From Methanobacteriota archaeon (lineage in GTDB: Archaea > Thermoplasmatota > Thermoplasmata > UBA10834), in contig CP070748.1 of assembly GCA_020348345.1 (NCBI GenBank), positions 875,196-939,195 of the forward strand: DNA of 64,000 nucleotides. Direction: 5' to 3'. Of the stretch, positions 26,349 to 34,003 are shown piece by piece. Numbering within the stretch: the first letter of the stretch is position 1; each line of letters begins with the position of its first letter. Position numbers and translations under genes: made by a program. The notes under the pieces were generated by a model. That model had not been told where the DNA came from and searched no databases. It saw nothing but the letters and a program-made list of their open reading frames with translations.

Positions 26349-27917
26349 TCACAATATTGGGACGAGTCGGGGCCTGAAGTCGCCCGAGTCTGGGGCTACC
26401 ATTGCATGAGGAGCAGTGAAAGGTTCCTCTCCGCGAATGACAGTCACGCCAGAAGTCTTGTCAATGCGTACGTGCGTGTGGGCGAGATCGGCCAGTCTGT
26501 TAGTCGACCTCACTGACGGCGTCACCGTCCCGACTAGAATGCCATCATTGTTCAACAGCGATGTCATGAAGTCCATCAGCCCGTCAAGAACGTCCTGTCC
26601 GTAGATGGATTCGAGAGAATCGAAGCCTATCGATGCAAGGAATGGCTGTTTGGCATCTCTAAGGGCGTACTGAATGTCCTGCCATTTGATGTCAACCTTG
26701 ACGTCTCCACCTTCTAGAGACAGCGTGTAGTTCCTTGGTGATTCTGACGCCGCATGTGGCTCCAGGATGCGAACGTTCTTGTCGAAAACCTCAGGCGTCA
26801 GGAACCCAAGGAGTTCCTCCCTTGCAGCATCTGCCCCTGTCTTCTTCGTCGGCATCCATGCGACGCCGTGGCCCTGCGCTGCGAAGTTGCATATGATCGC
26901 ATGCTCTATCTGCGCTGAGGAAACAACAGGAACTCCAGGGCTCAGCTCAATCAATGCTATCGTGCCCTTCCTGAGGCCTCCCTCCAGCATACTGTCAAGA
27001 TCCGCGTTTCCGGTGGACATACATCTCTCATTCGATGCAATGACGGGCTCGAACGGCTTCGGTTGTTCAGGTTTGCTGTATCTGCTGTATTCGAATGTCC
27101 TTACGCGGCCTCCAAGAAGCGTATAGACATACTTCGGCTGCCTGATCTCACAGCCCCTCAGCTTCAGCAGGTCCATCTCCCGTATCCTCCGTCCCGTAGT
27201 GCTGTCCAGAGAGAGATACAACACTCCGTCTCCGAGATAGTCGAGCAATGGGTCGGGCGTCTCGAGCACGTAAACGACGTTCGTGCCACAGCCTTCTACA
27301 AGATCCTTCTGTAGAACGTTTATGAGCCTCGAGGGTGGAACGCCGTATTTATCCGCAAGGGCGTCGATGCTGTCGATGATTATGAGCGTCCTCTCGGGTA
27401 ACGCCTTGTCGACGACATCGTACGCCATCTCGATCTCAGGCATCATAGAACCCACCGTGACAGTTATCTCGTCCTCCCCCGTGGTCTCTGCCGGCGCACC
27501 CTCCTCCTCTCCCGATTCTATGTTGCCCTCCAACCTGCGCAATTCGGTCCTGGGAGCCTTCACCTTCTCCCCCTTCATCTCACCTTTGATAGAGGCGAGA
27601 CCAAGGAGTATCTTCTCCACCTGCATTTCAGAATCGGCCTTCTTTCTAAGCTTCTTCCTGGCTTTGAGAATCTCCCCTTCCTTCACTTTGTCCATCAGCC
27701 ATGGGAACTGGCTGAACAGTGAGTGATCGGACACTCTAGTAGACATGTAGTAGCTTTGCTGGAGCTGAGCCAATTCCTCTATCATCTGAAGGGCCAACGT
27801 TGTCTTGCCGGTTCCTGCCATTCCCCTCAGGATAAGGGAATGCCCTCCGGAGCCTGCAAGGAACCTGACTATCTCCTTAGGGAATGTTGTCGATTCTGCT
27901 TCCGTTTCTCCTTCCAT
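26349..27917 (-). CDS. GvpD/KaiC-like double RecA-fold ATPase
   Basis: Walker A is ILRGMAGTGKTTLALQ and Walker B-like is TLIIIDSID. The second RecA-like domain (GGLRKGTIALIELSPG) has no GKT. Start at MEGETEAE is preceded by GGAGGAG. The longer track ORF to 28028 overlaps the upstream gene and is rejected. Confidence 0.7.
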   Translation of the reverse strand: MEGETEAESTTFPKEIVRFLAGSGGHSLILRGMAGTGKTTLALQMIEELAQLQQSYYMSTRVSDHSLFSQFPWLMDKVKEGEILKARKKLRKKADSEMQVEKILLGLASIKGEMKGEKVKAPRTELRRLEGNIESGEEEGAPAETTGEDEITVTVGSMMPEIEMAYDVVDKALPERTLIIIDSIDALADKYGVPPSRLINVLQKDLVEGCGTNVVYVLETPDPLLDYLGDGVLYLSLDSTTGRRIREMDLLKLRGCEIRQPKYVYTLLGGRVRTFEYSRYSKPEQPKPFEPVIASNERCMSTGNADLDSMLEGGLRKGTIALIELSPGVPVVSSAQIEHAIICNFAAQGHGVAWMPTKKTGADAAREELLGFLTPEVFDKNVRILEPHAASESPRNYTLSLEGGDVKVDIKWQDIQYALRDAKQPFLASIGFDSLESIYGQDVLDGLMDFMTSLLNNDGILVGTVTPSVRSTNRLADLAHTHVRIDKTSGVTVIRGEEPFTAPHAMVAPDSGDFRPRLVPIL

Positions 27918-27949
27918 CACAAACCAACTCCTCCAACGACAGTTGCCAA

Positions 27950-28465
27950 CTACCTCTCCCTCGGTTTGAGGAGGCCACCAGGCGTGCGCTCCTCCTCCTC
28001 TTCTTCGATCAACTTGATCTCCTTCCACTCGCCGCCGAAATCCTGCGTGACGCCTGTTACCATCTGAAACCGAACCCTGAGCTTCCCCCCTTCGAAGAAG
28101 ATGTATGCGTTCTTGAGCATAGACTGGTAAAGCACGATCCTCTTGCCCTGCTGCGTCAGTGCCCTATCGACTGCCTTCAATAGACCAGCTTTTTCGAGGA
28201 CATGTATGCGCCTGTAGCATGCCGCAATCGGTATACTCAGTTTCGAGCTGAGCTCAAGCGCATGCTTGGGCTTGCGGGAACATGCGACCAGTATTTTGGC
28301 GGCGTAAGTATCCATTATGAGTCTCGATGCCTCGATGGGGTCCAATGGGATGGCCTCCATTGCGCTGCCGAGCCGCGAAAGGCTGACGCCGATTGGGTTC
28401 GGGGGGATTCGCGGCGAAGCGTCCGACGCCTCAGTTGGCGCGTACAGCGAATAGCTATCTGGCAT
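27950..28465 (-). CDS. Winged-HTH (ArsR/TrmB-like) transcriptional regulator
   Basis: ILVACSRKPKHALELSSKLSIPIAACYRRIHVLEKAGLL is a typical wHTH. 171 aa. Lies directly upstream of, and co-oriented with, the ATPase gene. Confidence 0.6.
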   Translation of the reverse strand: MPDSYSLYAPTEASDASPRIPPNPIGVSLSRLGSAMEAIPLDPIEASRLIMDTYAAKILVACSRKPKHALELSSKLSIPIAACYRRIHVLEKAGLLKAVDRALTQQGKRIVLYQSMLKNAYIFFEGGKLRVRFQMVTGVTQDFGGEWKEIKLIEEEEEERTPGGLLKPRER

Positions 28466-28638
28466 TTAATACTCTTTCGCCAGACGCGCATCAGGACCAG
28501 GTCGTCCGAACTCCCTGGCCGCCGGAGGAGCATCCATGAAATAGTGAGTATGATATTGCGGTTCTCGGGCTGCAGCGAATTCCACAGCAGCACTTCAGGA
28601 GTTTGGCTGCAAGCCAAGGACATCGGAGAGACCTATCC

Positions 28639-29010
28639 ATGAAAGGCCTCAAATGCAAATGTGGCTTCGCGACAACAGCCATCCGGCTCAGGTGTCCGAG
28701 ATGCGAGAAACATATGAGAGTGGCGTATTGGCCCAATCAGGGGCGAGTGCTTGCCTTCATTAAGTTGGACATAATCCCAGACGGTCAGGAGTTTCCAATG
28801 GACCTTCTCATGCTAGAGGTGAAGGATGGGCCCAAATTCATCTGCTGGACAGACACTCCGTTCTCTAAAGGAGACGTAGTCACTTTCGTACAACTTGGCA
28901 GCTCCTACATATGTAGCCCCGCACAGGACGTGGAGGACATCACCCGCGGAATCGACTCTTCAGAAGGAGATGGGAGTGACTCCGACAAGAGAGAACTGCG
29001 GGCCCAATGA
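28639..29010 (+). CDS. Zn-ribbon plus OB-fold protein (DUF35-like)
   Basis: CKCG...CPRC rubredoxin-like ribbon followed by a beta-rich segment (GRVLAFIKLD...LLMLEVKDGP...GDVVTFV). Acidic tail. Its 3' end overlaps the convergent ACT gene by about 50 nt. Confidence 0.45.
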   Translation: MKGLKCKCGFATTAIRLRCPRCEKHMRVAYWPNQGRVLAFIKLDIIPDGQEFPMDLLMLEVKDGPKFICWTDTPFSKGDVVTFVQLGSSYICSPAQDVEDITRGIDSSEGDGSDSDKRELRAQ

Positions 29011-29889
29011 TGCTATGCGACTCGACAATGATTTCTGAAGCTCGTCACAGTTCCGAGCCTCTGACTTCCTCATATCAACCACAAGATCGCTGGTCATGCA
29101 TTCGTAGTACACAAGGACGTTGGTGTATCCGGCGATGACGTTGATCGACTGCTCGCCAAACACCTTCATTATTTCGTGCAGGGAGCCCGGTTTGTCGGGA
29201 AGGTCTACCTTCAACTTGCACAGATTGGAATCCTCATCGAGAAAGACGACTGACAGCACCCAAGTATCAGGATCTCCGATGAGCATTATCGGCGCGGTGT
29301 CCTTCCCAAGGAAGTTTATATACGCTTGCGGCAGCTCGAATGAGCCGTCCTCGATGATGCTTGCCTTCTTCTCGGTCTTCCGCAACGCCTTCGTCTTGAC
29401 AGTATCTTGATCAAGAGATGCACCCAGGGTATATCGCGTAGCCAAGTCCGAACCCTCGATAGCCAAGCAATCGACAAGGCTCAATGAGGGATCCTTCGCA
29501 GCTTTTGCGTCGTCAAAGGCCCGCTTCAACGAAGGCGAATCGCCATAGAATGACAGGTCAACGAGCATCTCCCAGATCATAACAGCGTTGGGTATCGAGC
29601 TGACCGTTTCTGAGTTCAGGATATCGATGTTGAGCGACTTCAGGAACTGAGCGGCCTGGGCAAGCGCGCCTGGCTCGTCCTTGACCTGCATGGTGACATA
29701 GGCTATCTCCCTATAGTTCTCCGGCCCAAACGGAGAGAGGACTATCTCGAACGCCTCTTTTCCGCCGACCTCATACTTGAACATGGAACTGAACACTTCG
29801 CTTCCATTCACAAGGCCGAGCGGCTCGCCCACCTTCGGGCTTATCCTGATCCTTCTCGACGTCATCCGGCCGAAGTCCCAGAGCTTCAT
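28960..29889 (-). CDS. ACT-domain-containing protein
   Basis: Two clear ACT-like units (YVTMQVKDEPGALAQAAQFLKSLNIDIL and KLKVDLPDKPGSLHEIMKVFGEQSINVI). Start set at MKLWDF; the track ORF to 30102 overlaps the upstream gene and is rejected. Confidence 0.6.
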   Translation of the reverse strand: MKLWDFGRMTSRRIRISPKVGEPLGLVNGSEVFSSMFKYEVGGKEAFEIVLSPFGPENYREIAYVTMQVKDEPGALAQAAQFLKSLNIDILNSETVSSIPNAVMIWEMLVDLSFYGDSPSLKRAFDDAKAAKDPSLSLVDCLAIEGSDLATRYTLGASLDQDTVKTKALRKTEKKASIIEDGSFELPQAYINFLGKDTAPIMLIGDPDTWVLSVVFLDEDSNLCKLKVDLPDKPGSLHEIMKVFGEQSINVIAGYTNVLVYYECMTSDLVVDMRKSEARNCDELQKSLSSRIASLGPQFSLVGVTPISF

Positions 29890-29948
29890 TTGCCTCTCCT
29901 CTGTGTGTTCGGTAAGCTGAACCACGACATAAAGGTGTTGAGGTGCGT

Positions 29949-30341
29949 TCAAGCCTTTGGAGAGAATATGTAGAGGGTTGGAACTCTGCTCTTCAGCCCG
30001 GTCCAGTAGCCGCAGGTTCTGCATCTGTATCCCATGGTGACCGATCCGCCGTAGACGGTGAGATTCTTTATCCTCTGTGTCTTGCCATCGCACACTGGGC
30101 ACGCTCCCGCCGAAGTCTTGTCCTTTGTATCTCTACAGCGTATCTCTATTGTCGCGATATCGTTGCTGATGGCTAGTTTCCTCACTCTCTCCTCACTCAC
30201 GGTGTAGTCAGAATCATGCCTTCTGAGTGATCTTAGAACCAAGTCGGTGAGTTTGCGCTGAGAATTGATGACTCCATGTCTATCCAGAGCATCCTTGATA
30301 GCCTTCACGACCTCGGTATCAGAAGGTATTCTGTAGGCCAT
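29949..30341 (-). CDS. Hypothetical zinc-ribbon protein
   Basis: 130 aa. Helical N-terminal part plus CPVCDG...CRTCG ribbon. No family recognised. Confidence 0.45.
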   Translation of the reverse strand: MAYRIPSDTEVVKAIKDALDRHGVINSQRKLTDLVLRSLRRHDSDYTVSEERVRKLAISNDIATIEIRCRDTKDKTSAGACPVCDGKTQRIKNLTVYGGSVTMGYRCRTCGYWTGLKSRVPTLYIFSPKA

Positions 30342-30454
30342 CGCAGGGTGATTGCGATTCGCTTACGAATACCTTTCCACCCGGTCTATAGTCCTATGGC
30401 TGTCCTCATAAGTCACGTGTTGGCATAGAGAACCGCGATGTTGCTTGGCAAAAG

Positions 30455-30462
30455 TTATAAGA
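30455..30462 (+). promoter_or_regulatory. TATA-box-like element (AAAAGTTATAAGAC) upstream of 30497 gene
   Basis: AT-rich GTTATAAG core about 38 nt upstream of the ATG. Confidence 0.35.
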
Positions 30463-30496
30463 CAGCGAGAGATACTCGCCAGACTGTGATGAGGGC

Positions 30497-31807
30497 ATGC
30501 GAGCGAAAGTGATAATCATGGGGGCCGCGGGAAGAGACTTCCACAACTTCAATGTCTATTTTCGCGACAACGCCAATTACGAGGTAGTGGCGTTCACTGC
30601 CACACAGATACCGAACATCGAGGGCAGGAAGTATCCGGCAAGCCTTGCCGGACGACTATATCCGAACGGAATCGGCATTCATCCTGAGTCCGAGCTTCCG
30701 GAGCTCATCTCAAAGCATGGAGTAGAACAGGTGGTGTTTGCTTATTCGGACATACCTCATATAGAAGTCATGCACAAGGCTTCGCTTGTGAACGCCAACG
30801 GCGCAGATTTCAGATTGATGGGTTCCAATCAGACCGCGCTCAAGGCAAAGGTCCCAGTGATAGCAATATGCGCTGTCAGAACTGGATCCGGCAAGTCGCA
30901 GACGACTCGTGCTGTGGCATCCACCTTGAGAAGCAAGGGCAGGCGAGTGGTGGCAATACGGCATCCCATGCCGTACGGGGATCTCGAAAAGCAGGCCGTT
31001 CAGCGATTCGCTACCTATGAGGACCTCGACAGCCACGATTGCACCATTGAGGAAAGAGAGGAGTACGAGCCGCATATTGACAAGGGCATTGTCGTATATG
31101 CCGGAGTGGACTACGAGAAGATCCTCAGACAGGCCGAGCAGGAAGCGGATGTTATTCTCTGGGATGGAGGCAACAATGACACTCCGTTCTACATTCCAGA
31201 CTTGCACATCGTGGTGGCGGACCCGCACAGAGCTGGACATGGAAAGGTATATCATCCAGGAGAGTCGAACATACGAATGGCCGACGCAGTTGTCATCAAC
31301 AAGGTCGACACCGCTGAGCCCGACAAGGTTGAAGCGGTGAAGAAGGTCATTTCGGAACTCAACCACAATGCGACAATCGTAACCGCCGCCTCCCCTCTGA
31401 CCGTCGAGGATTCCACAGCAATCAACGGCAAAAGGGTGCTTGTAATCGAAGACGGTCCCACGGTAACCCACGGTGAGATGACTTTTGGAGCTGGCATGAT
31501 AGCCGCCAAGAACGCCGGTGCCAAGGACATTATCGACCCAAGACCTTTCGCTGTCGGCTCCATCAAGGCTACCTTTGACAAGTACAGCCATCTGGAGAAG
31601 GTCCTTCCGGCGATGGGTTACGGCAGCCGTCAGGTTGAGGAACTCGAACAGACCATCAACGCATCGGATTCAGAAGTGGTTGTTTCAGGGACACCCATCG
31701 ATTTGACCAGAGTTCTGAAGAATGTGAACAAGCCCATTGTGAGAGTTAGATACGATCTTCAGGTCAAAGGCGAGCCTACGCTGGACCGGCTTCTGGAGAA
31801 GTTCTAA
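30497..31807 (+). CDS. COG2403-type P-loop protein (predicted GTPase / cyclic 2,3-diphosphoglycerate synthetase-like)
   Basis: The N-terminus KVIIMGAAGRDFHNFNVYFRDN is characteristic of this family. P-loop is AVRTGSGKSQTT. 436 aa. Confidence 0.7.
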   Translation: MRAKVIIMGAAGRDFHNFNVYFRDNANYEVVAFTATQIPNIEGRKYPASLAGRLYPNGIGIHPESELPELISKHGVEQVVFAYSDIPHIEVMHKASLVNANGADFRLMGSNQTALKAKVPVIAICAVRTGSGKSQTTRAVASTLRSKGRRVVAIRHPMPYGDLEKQAVQRFATYEDLDSHDCTIEEREEYEPHIDKGIVVYAGVDYEKILRQAEQEADVILWDGGNNDTPFYIPDLHIVVADPHRAGHGKVYHPGESNIRMADAVVINKVDTAEPDKVEAVKKVISELNHNATIVTAASPLTVEDSTAINGKRVLVIEDGPTVTHGEMTFGAGMIAAKNAGAKDIIDPRPFAVGSIKATFDKYSHLEKVLPAMGYGSRQVEELEQTINASDSEVVVSGTPIDLTRVLKNVNKPIVRVRYDLQVKGEPTLDRLLEKF

Positions 31808-31818
31808 TCCCTCACATC

Positions 31819-31833
31819 GAAAAGTGTTAAGCC
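31819..31833 (+). promoter_or_regulatory. Putative tRNA-Leu promoter (GAAAAGTGTTAAGCC)
   Basis: Centred about 28 nt upstream of the tRNA 5' end. Shares AAAGTGTTA with the element upstream of tRNA-Val. Confidence 0.4.
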
Positions 31834-31855
31834 TGATTGGGGAGATTCGGGGGCC

Positions 31856-31963
31856 GCGGGAGTAGCTAAGCCTGGCCAAAGGCGCAGGACTTAAGATTTG
31901 CTCGAACGCGGATTGGATATTCTGTCTCACAGGAGTCCAGGGGTTCAAATCCCCTCTCCCGCA
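31856..31963 (+). tRNA. tRNA-Leu (anticodon UAA) with a ~23-nt intron at the canonical 37/38 position
   Basis: Acceptor stem GCGGGAG/CTCCCGC with discriminator A. D-arm GCT-AAGCCTGGCCAAA-GGC. T-arm AGGGG-TTCAAAT-CCCCT. 14-nt variable arm. The anticodon stem CAGGA/TTCTG pairs only if 31896-31918 is removed, which gives loop CTTAAGA. Confidence 0.8.
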
Positions 31964-32047
31964 CAATCAATTCGGCCATTGCAGTCTCAATTATGCCTGG
32001 ATCTCATAGTTGAATGCAAATTCGCCAATCGCATCACTACATATCTC

Positions 32048-33502
32048 TCAGGCGTCGGGCAGCCGTGTAGCAGCTTTCAGAATATCATCTATTTCCTTTC
32101 TCTGCTCCCTGTCCAATGGTTTGACAGTGTGCTTATGTAGTATGTGCTGGACCCTTTCTCTGGCCTTCGCACGCATGTCTTTCGCTCCAAGGCCGATCCA
32201 CCTCTCTGCGATGTTGCGGTCAGCTAGCTCAGGCAACCAAACGTCGCGCTTCAAGTGTTCGAGGGTATGCATTGTACCAATGAAATCTCCCCCAGGTCCG
32301 ATTCTATCAATGAGCTCCAAGGCGAGAGTCTCTCCGTCGACAGCCATGCCATCCTTGATCCTGGACAACGCACCTGCGATTTCATCGTCCATTACGAGCT
32401 GTTCGACGCTGTATGTGGTAGCCGAGGACAGCATGGCGGGTCCGAAGATCACATCTGCTCCGGCGAGAACAGGAGGCAGGCCAGTCATTGCCTTCTCAAA
32501 CATCGCCTGGTCGCCGGGCAGCTTCCCATCAGTGCTGATAGCCCCGACAAGCGAAGGGAGGCCGTAACTATTTGCCATCTGGACTGCCGCCGCGTTGAGC
32601 ACAGCTCGCTCAGGCGCCCCCAACGCAAGAACTCCGGTTCTCATATCCATCGTTGAGGCGACGCTTCCGTAGATGACCGGGCTGCCCGCATTCACCAGCT
32701 GACACAGCACAACGCCAGTCAGCACTTCAGCGTTGGTCAACGCGAGCTGTCCAGCAAGCGTGATTGGAGAGGTCCCTCCGCCCATAGCCATGCTGAGAAC
32801 ATCATATGGCATTCCAGCTCCTGCAAACTCCAGCATCGCCTCGGTGTTCTCAACATCAAACTGAAGAGGGCTAACAGGGCAGCCGCCAGCGGATACGACA
32901 GGGCTCTTGCGAAGCTCATCCTCTCCTCCAGCCACGACCTGCGCCATTCTGACCAAGAGCCTGGTGAGATTCGTCCCGTGGGCTTCGTGAGTGACGTGCT
33001 TGGTCGTGTTCTCCAGAGCTGCCGCGGTCTCTGCCAGAAAGTGGGAGCCGCCTTTGACATCATGCGCCACCACGGTGGGACCATAGTAATGGACGTTATC
33101 CAGGGCATCAGCAACCTTGGCGAACACCTGAATATCCGATAGAACCGACCCCCTTACTTCGCCAGTAAGATGGTCAAGAACCTTTATCCCGGTAGCGGAG
33201 TTTGTGTAGAATGTCTTGCCAGAGCCAAGCTCGATTGAATTCGAAGGATCGCGAGCCGCTAGTCGGATGCGAGAAGGTGCGCTTTCGAGAGCCTCTCTCA
33301 CAACTCTCTCTGGAATCCTCACCCTTGAATTGGCCTTGTCTATTCGGACGCCCTCTCTGCCCAGAAGCTCCTGACTCTGTCGCTCATATATGGTCACGCC
33401 TGTGGTGCTGAGAATCCTCATAGTAGCATCGTCTATGAGAGCTATCTCGTCCTCCGCAAGAACCTCATATCTCACTTGACTACCTCTTCGTCCACCCGAC
33501 AT
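32048..33502 (-). CDS. MttB-superfamily methyltransferase, non-pyrrolysine type
   Basis: About 484 aa with the family-typical N-terminus (LAEDEIALIDDATMRILSTTGV) and TIM-barrel-length body. Uninterrupted ORF with no in-frame TAG. Start is ATG 33502 or 33523; the track start at 33598 is unlikely. Confidence 0.8.
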   Translation of the reverse strand: MSGGRRGSQVRYEVLAEDEIALIDDATMRILSTTGVTIYERQSQELLGREGVRIDKANSRVRIPERVVREALESAPSRIRLAARDPSNSIELGSGKTFYTNSATGIKVLDHLTGEVRGSVLSDIQVFAKVADALDNVHYYGPTVVAHDVKGGSHFLAETAAALENTTKHVTHEAHGTNLTRLLVRMAQVVAGGEDELRKSPVVSAGGCPVSPLQFDVENTEAMLEFAGAGMPYDVLSMAMGGGTSPITLAGQLALTNAEVLTGVVLCQLVNAGSPVIYGSVASTMDMRTGVLALGAPERAVLNAAAVQMANSYGLPSLVGAISTDGKLPGDQAMFEKAMTGLPPVLAGADVIFGPAMLSSATTYSVEQLVMDDEIAGALSRIKDGMAVDGETLALELIDRIGPGGDFIGTMHTLEHLKRDVWLPELADRNIAERWIGLGAKDMRAKARERVQHILHKHTVKPLDREQRKEIDDILKAATRLPDA

Positions 33503-33716
33503 CGGCGCTCGTCCTAATCTCATTTCCTGAGAATTCGACGGTTTAGGCCAATGGTAAGGGCGTGGTGGGAAGACGACATTTGCGATGGCAAGCCTCAAGC
33601 GTTTATGCTTCGCTCAAGCGTGAGCTAAGTGAAGCTTCTATGACCGTGGCTGTGATGAAAACTACAAGCTAAAGGGTTTGCGCGTCGAAAACATAGATCA
33701 GAAGGGCCGGGTGACG

Positions 33717-33908
33717 TTAGAATCGTCTGGGTGGCCTGTGCTTCTGATAACATTCCCTGCAATAGACAGGCCTTCCTTCCGTCGGCTTGAACGGGACCTG
33801 TGTCTCAGCACCGCAGTCGGAACATGTCGCGGAATGCATCTCCCTAGGTCTGGAGCCGAAACCACGATCGTTCCTGCGGGGTCTGTCGTTAATGAGGACT
33901 ACCTCCAA
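33717..33908 (-). CDS. CxxC-x17-CxxC zinc-finger small protein
   Basis: CSDCGAETQVPFKPTEGRPVYCRECY with a basic RPRRNDRGFGSRPR leader and KHRPPRRF tail. Start is uncertain (TTG 33908 or ATG 33839). Confidence 0.6.
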   Translation of the reverse strand: MEVVLINDRPRRNDRGFGSRPREMHSATCSDCGAETQVPFKPTEGRPVYCRECYQKHRPPRRF

Positions 33909-34003
33909 TACTTCTCTTCAGGCCCCGTGGGGGCCAAAGGCACTCCTGGAGTTGGTTTCGCATGTATATTAAACCTCTGACCAAACAAGCATCGGAGACG
34001 GCA

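Noticed and set aside
28606-28620. Small palindrome TTGGC-TGCAA-GCCAA upstream of the DUF35-like gene
   Set aside because: It has only a 5-bp stem and is easily expected by chance. No supporting context.
30710-31591. 293-aa minus-strand ORF
   Set aside because: It is antisense to the COG2403 P-loop protein gene. Shadow ORF.
31685-31966. 93-aa minus-strand ORF
   Set aside because: It overlaps the tRNA-Leu gene almost completely, and the tRNA cloverleaf explains the sequence.
32048-33598. Pyrrolysine (TAG) recoding in the MttB homologue, and selenocysteine (TGA) recoding in fdhA (9369-11405)
   Set aside because: Both ORFs are continuous with no in-frame stop. The FdhA active-site codon is TGT.
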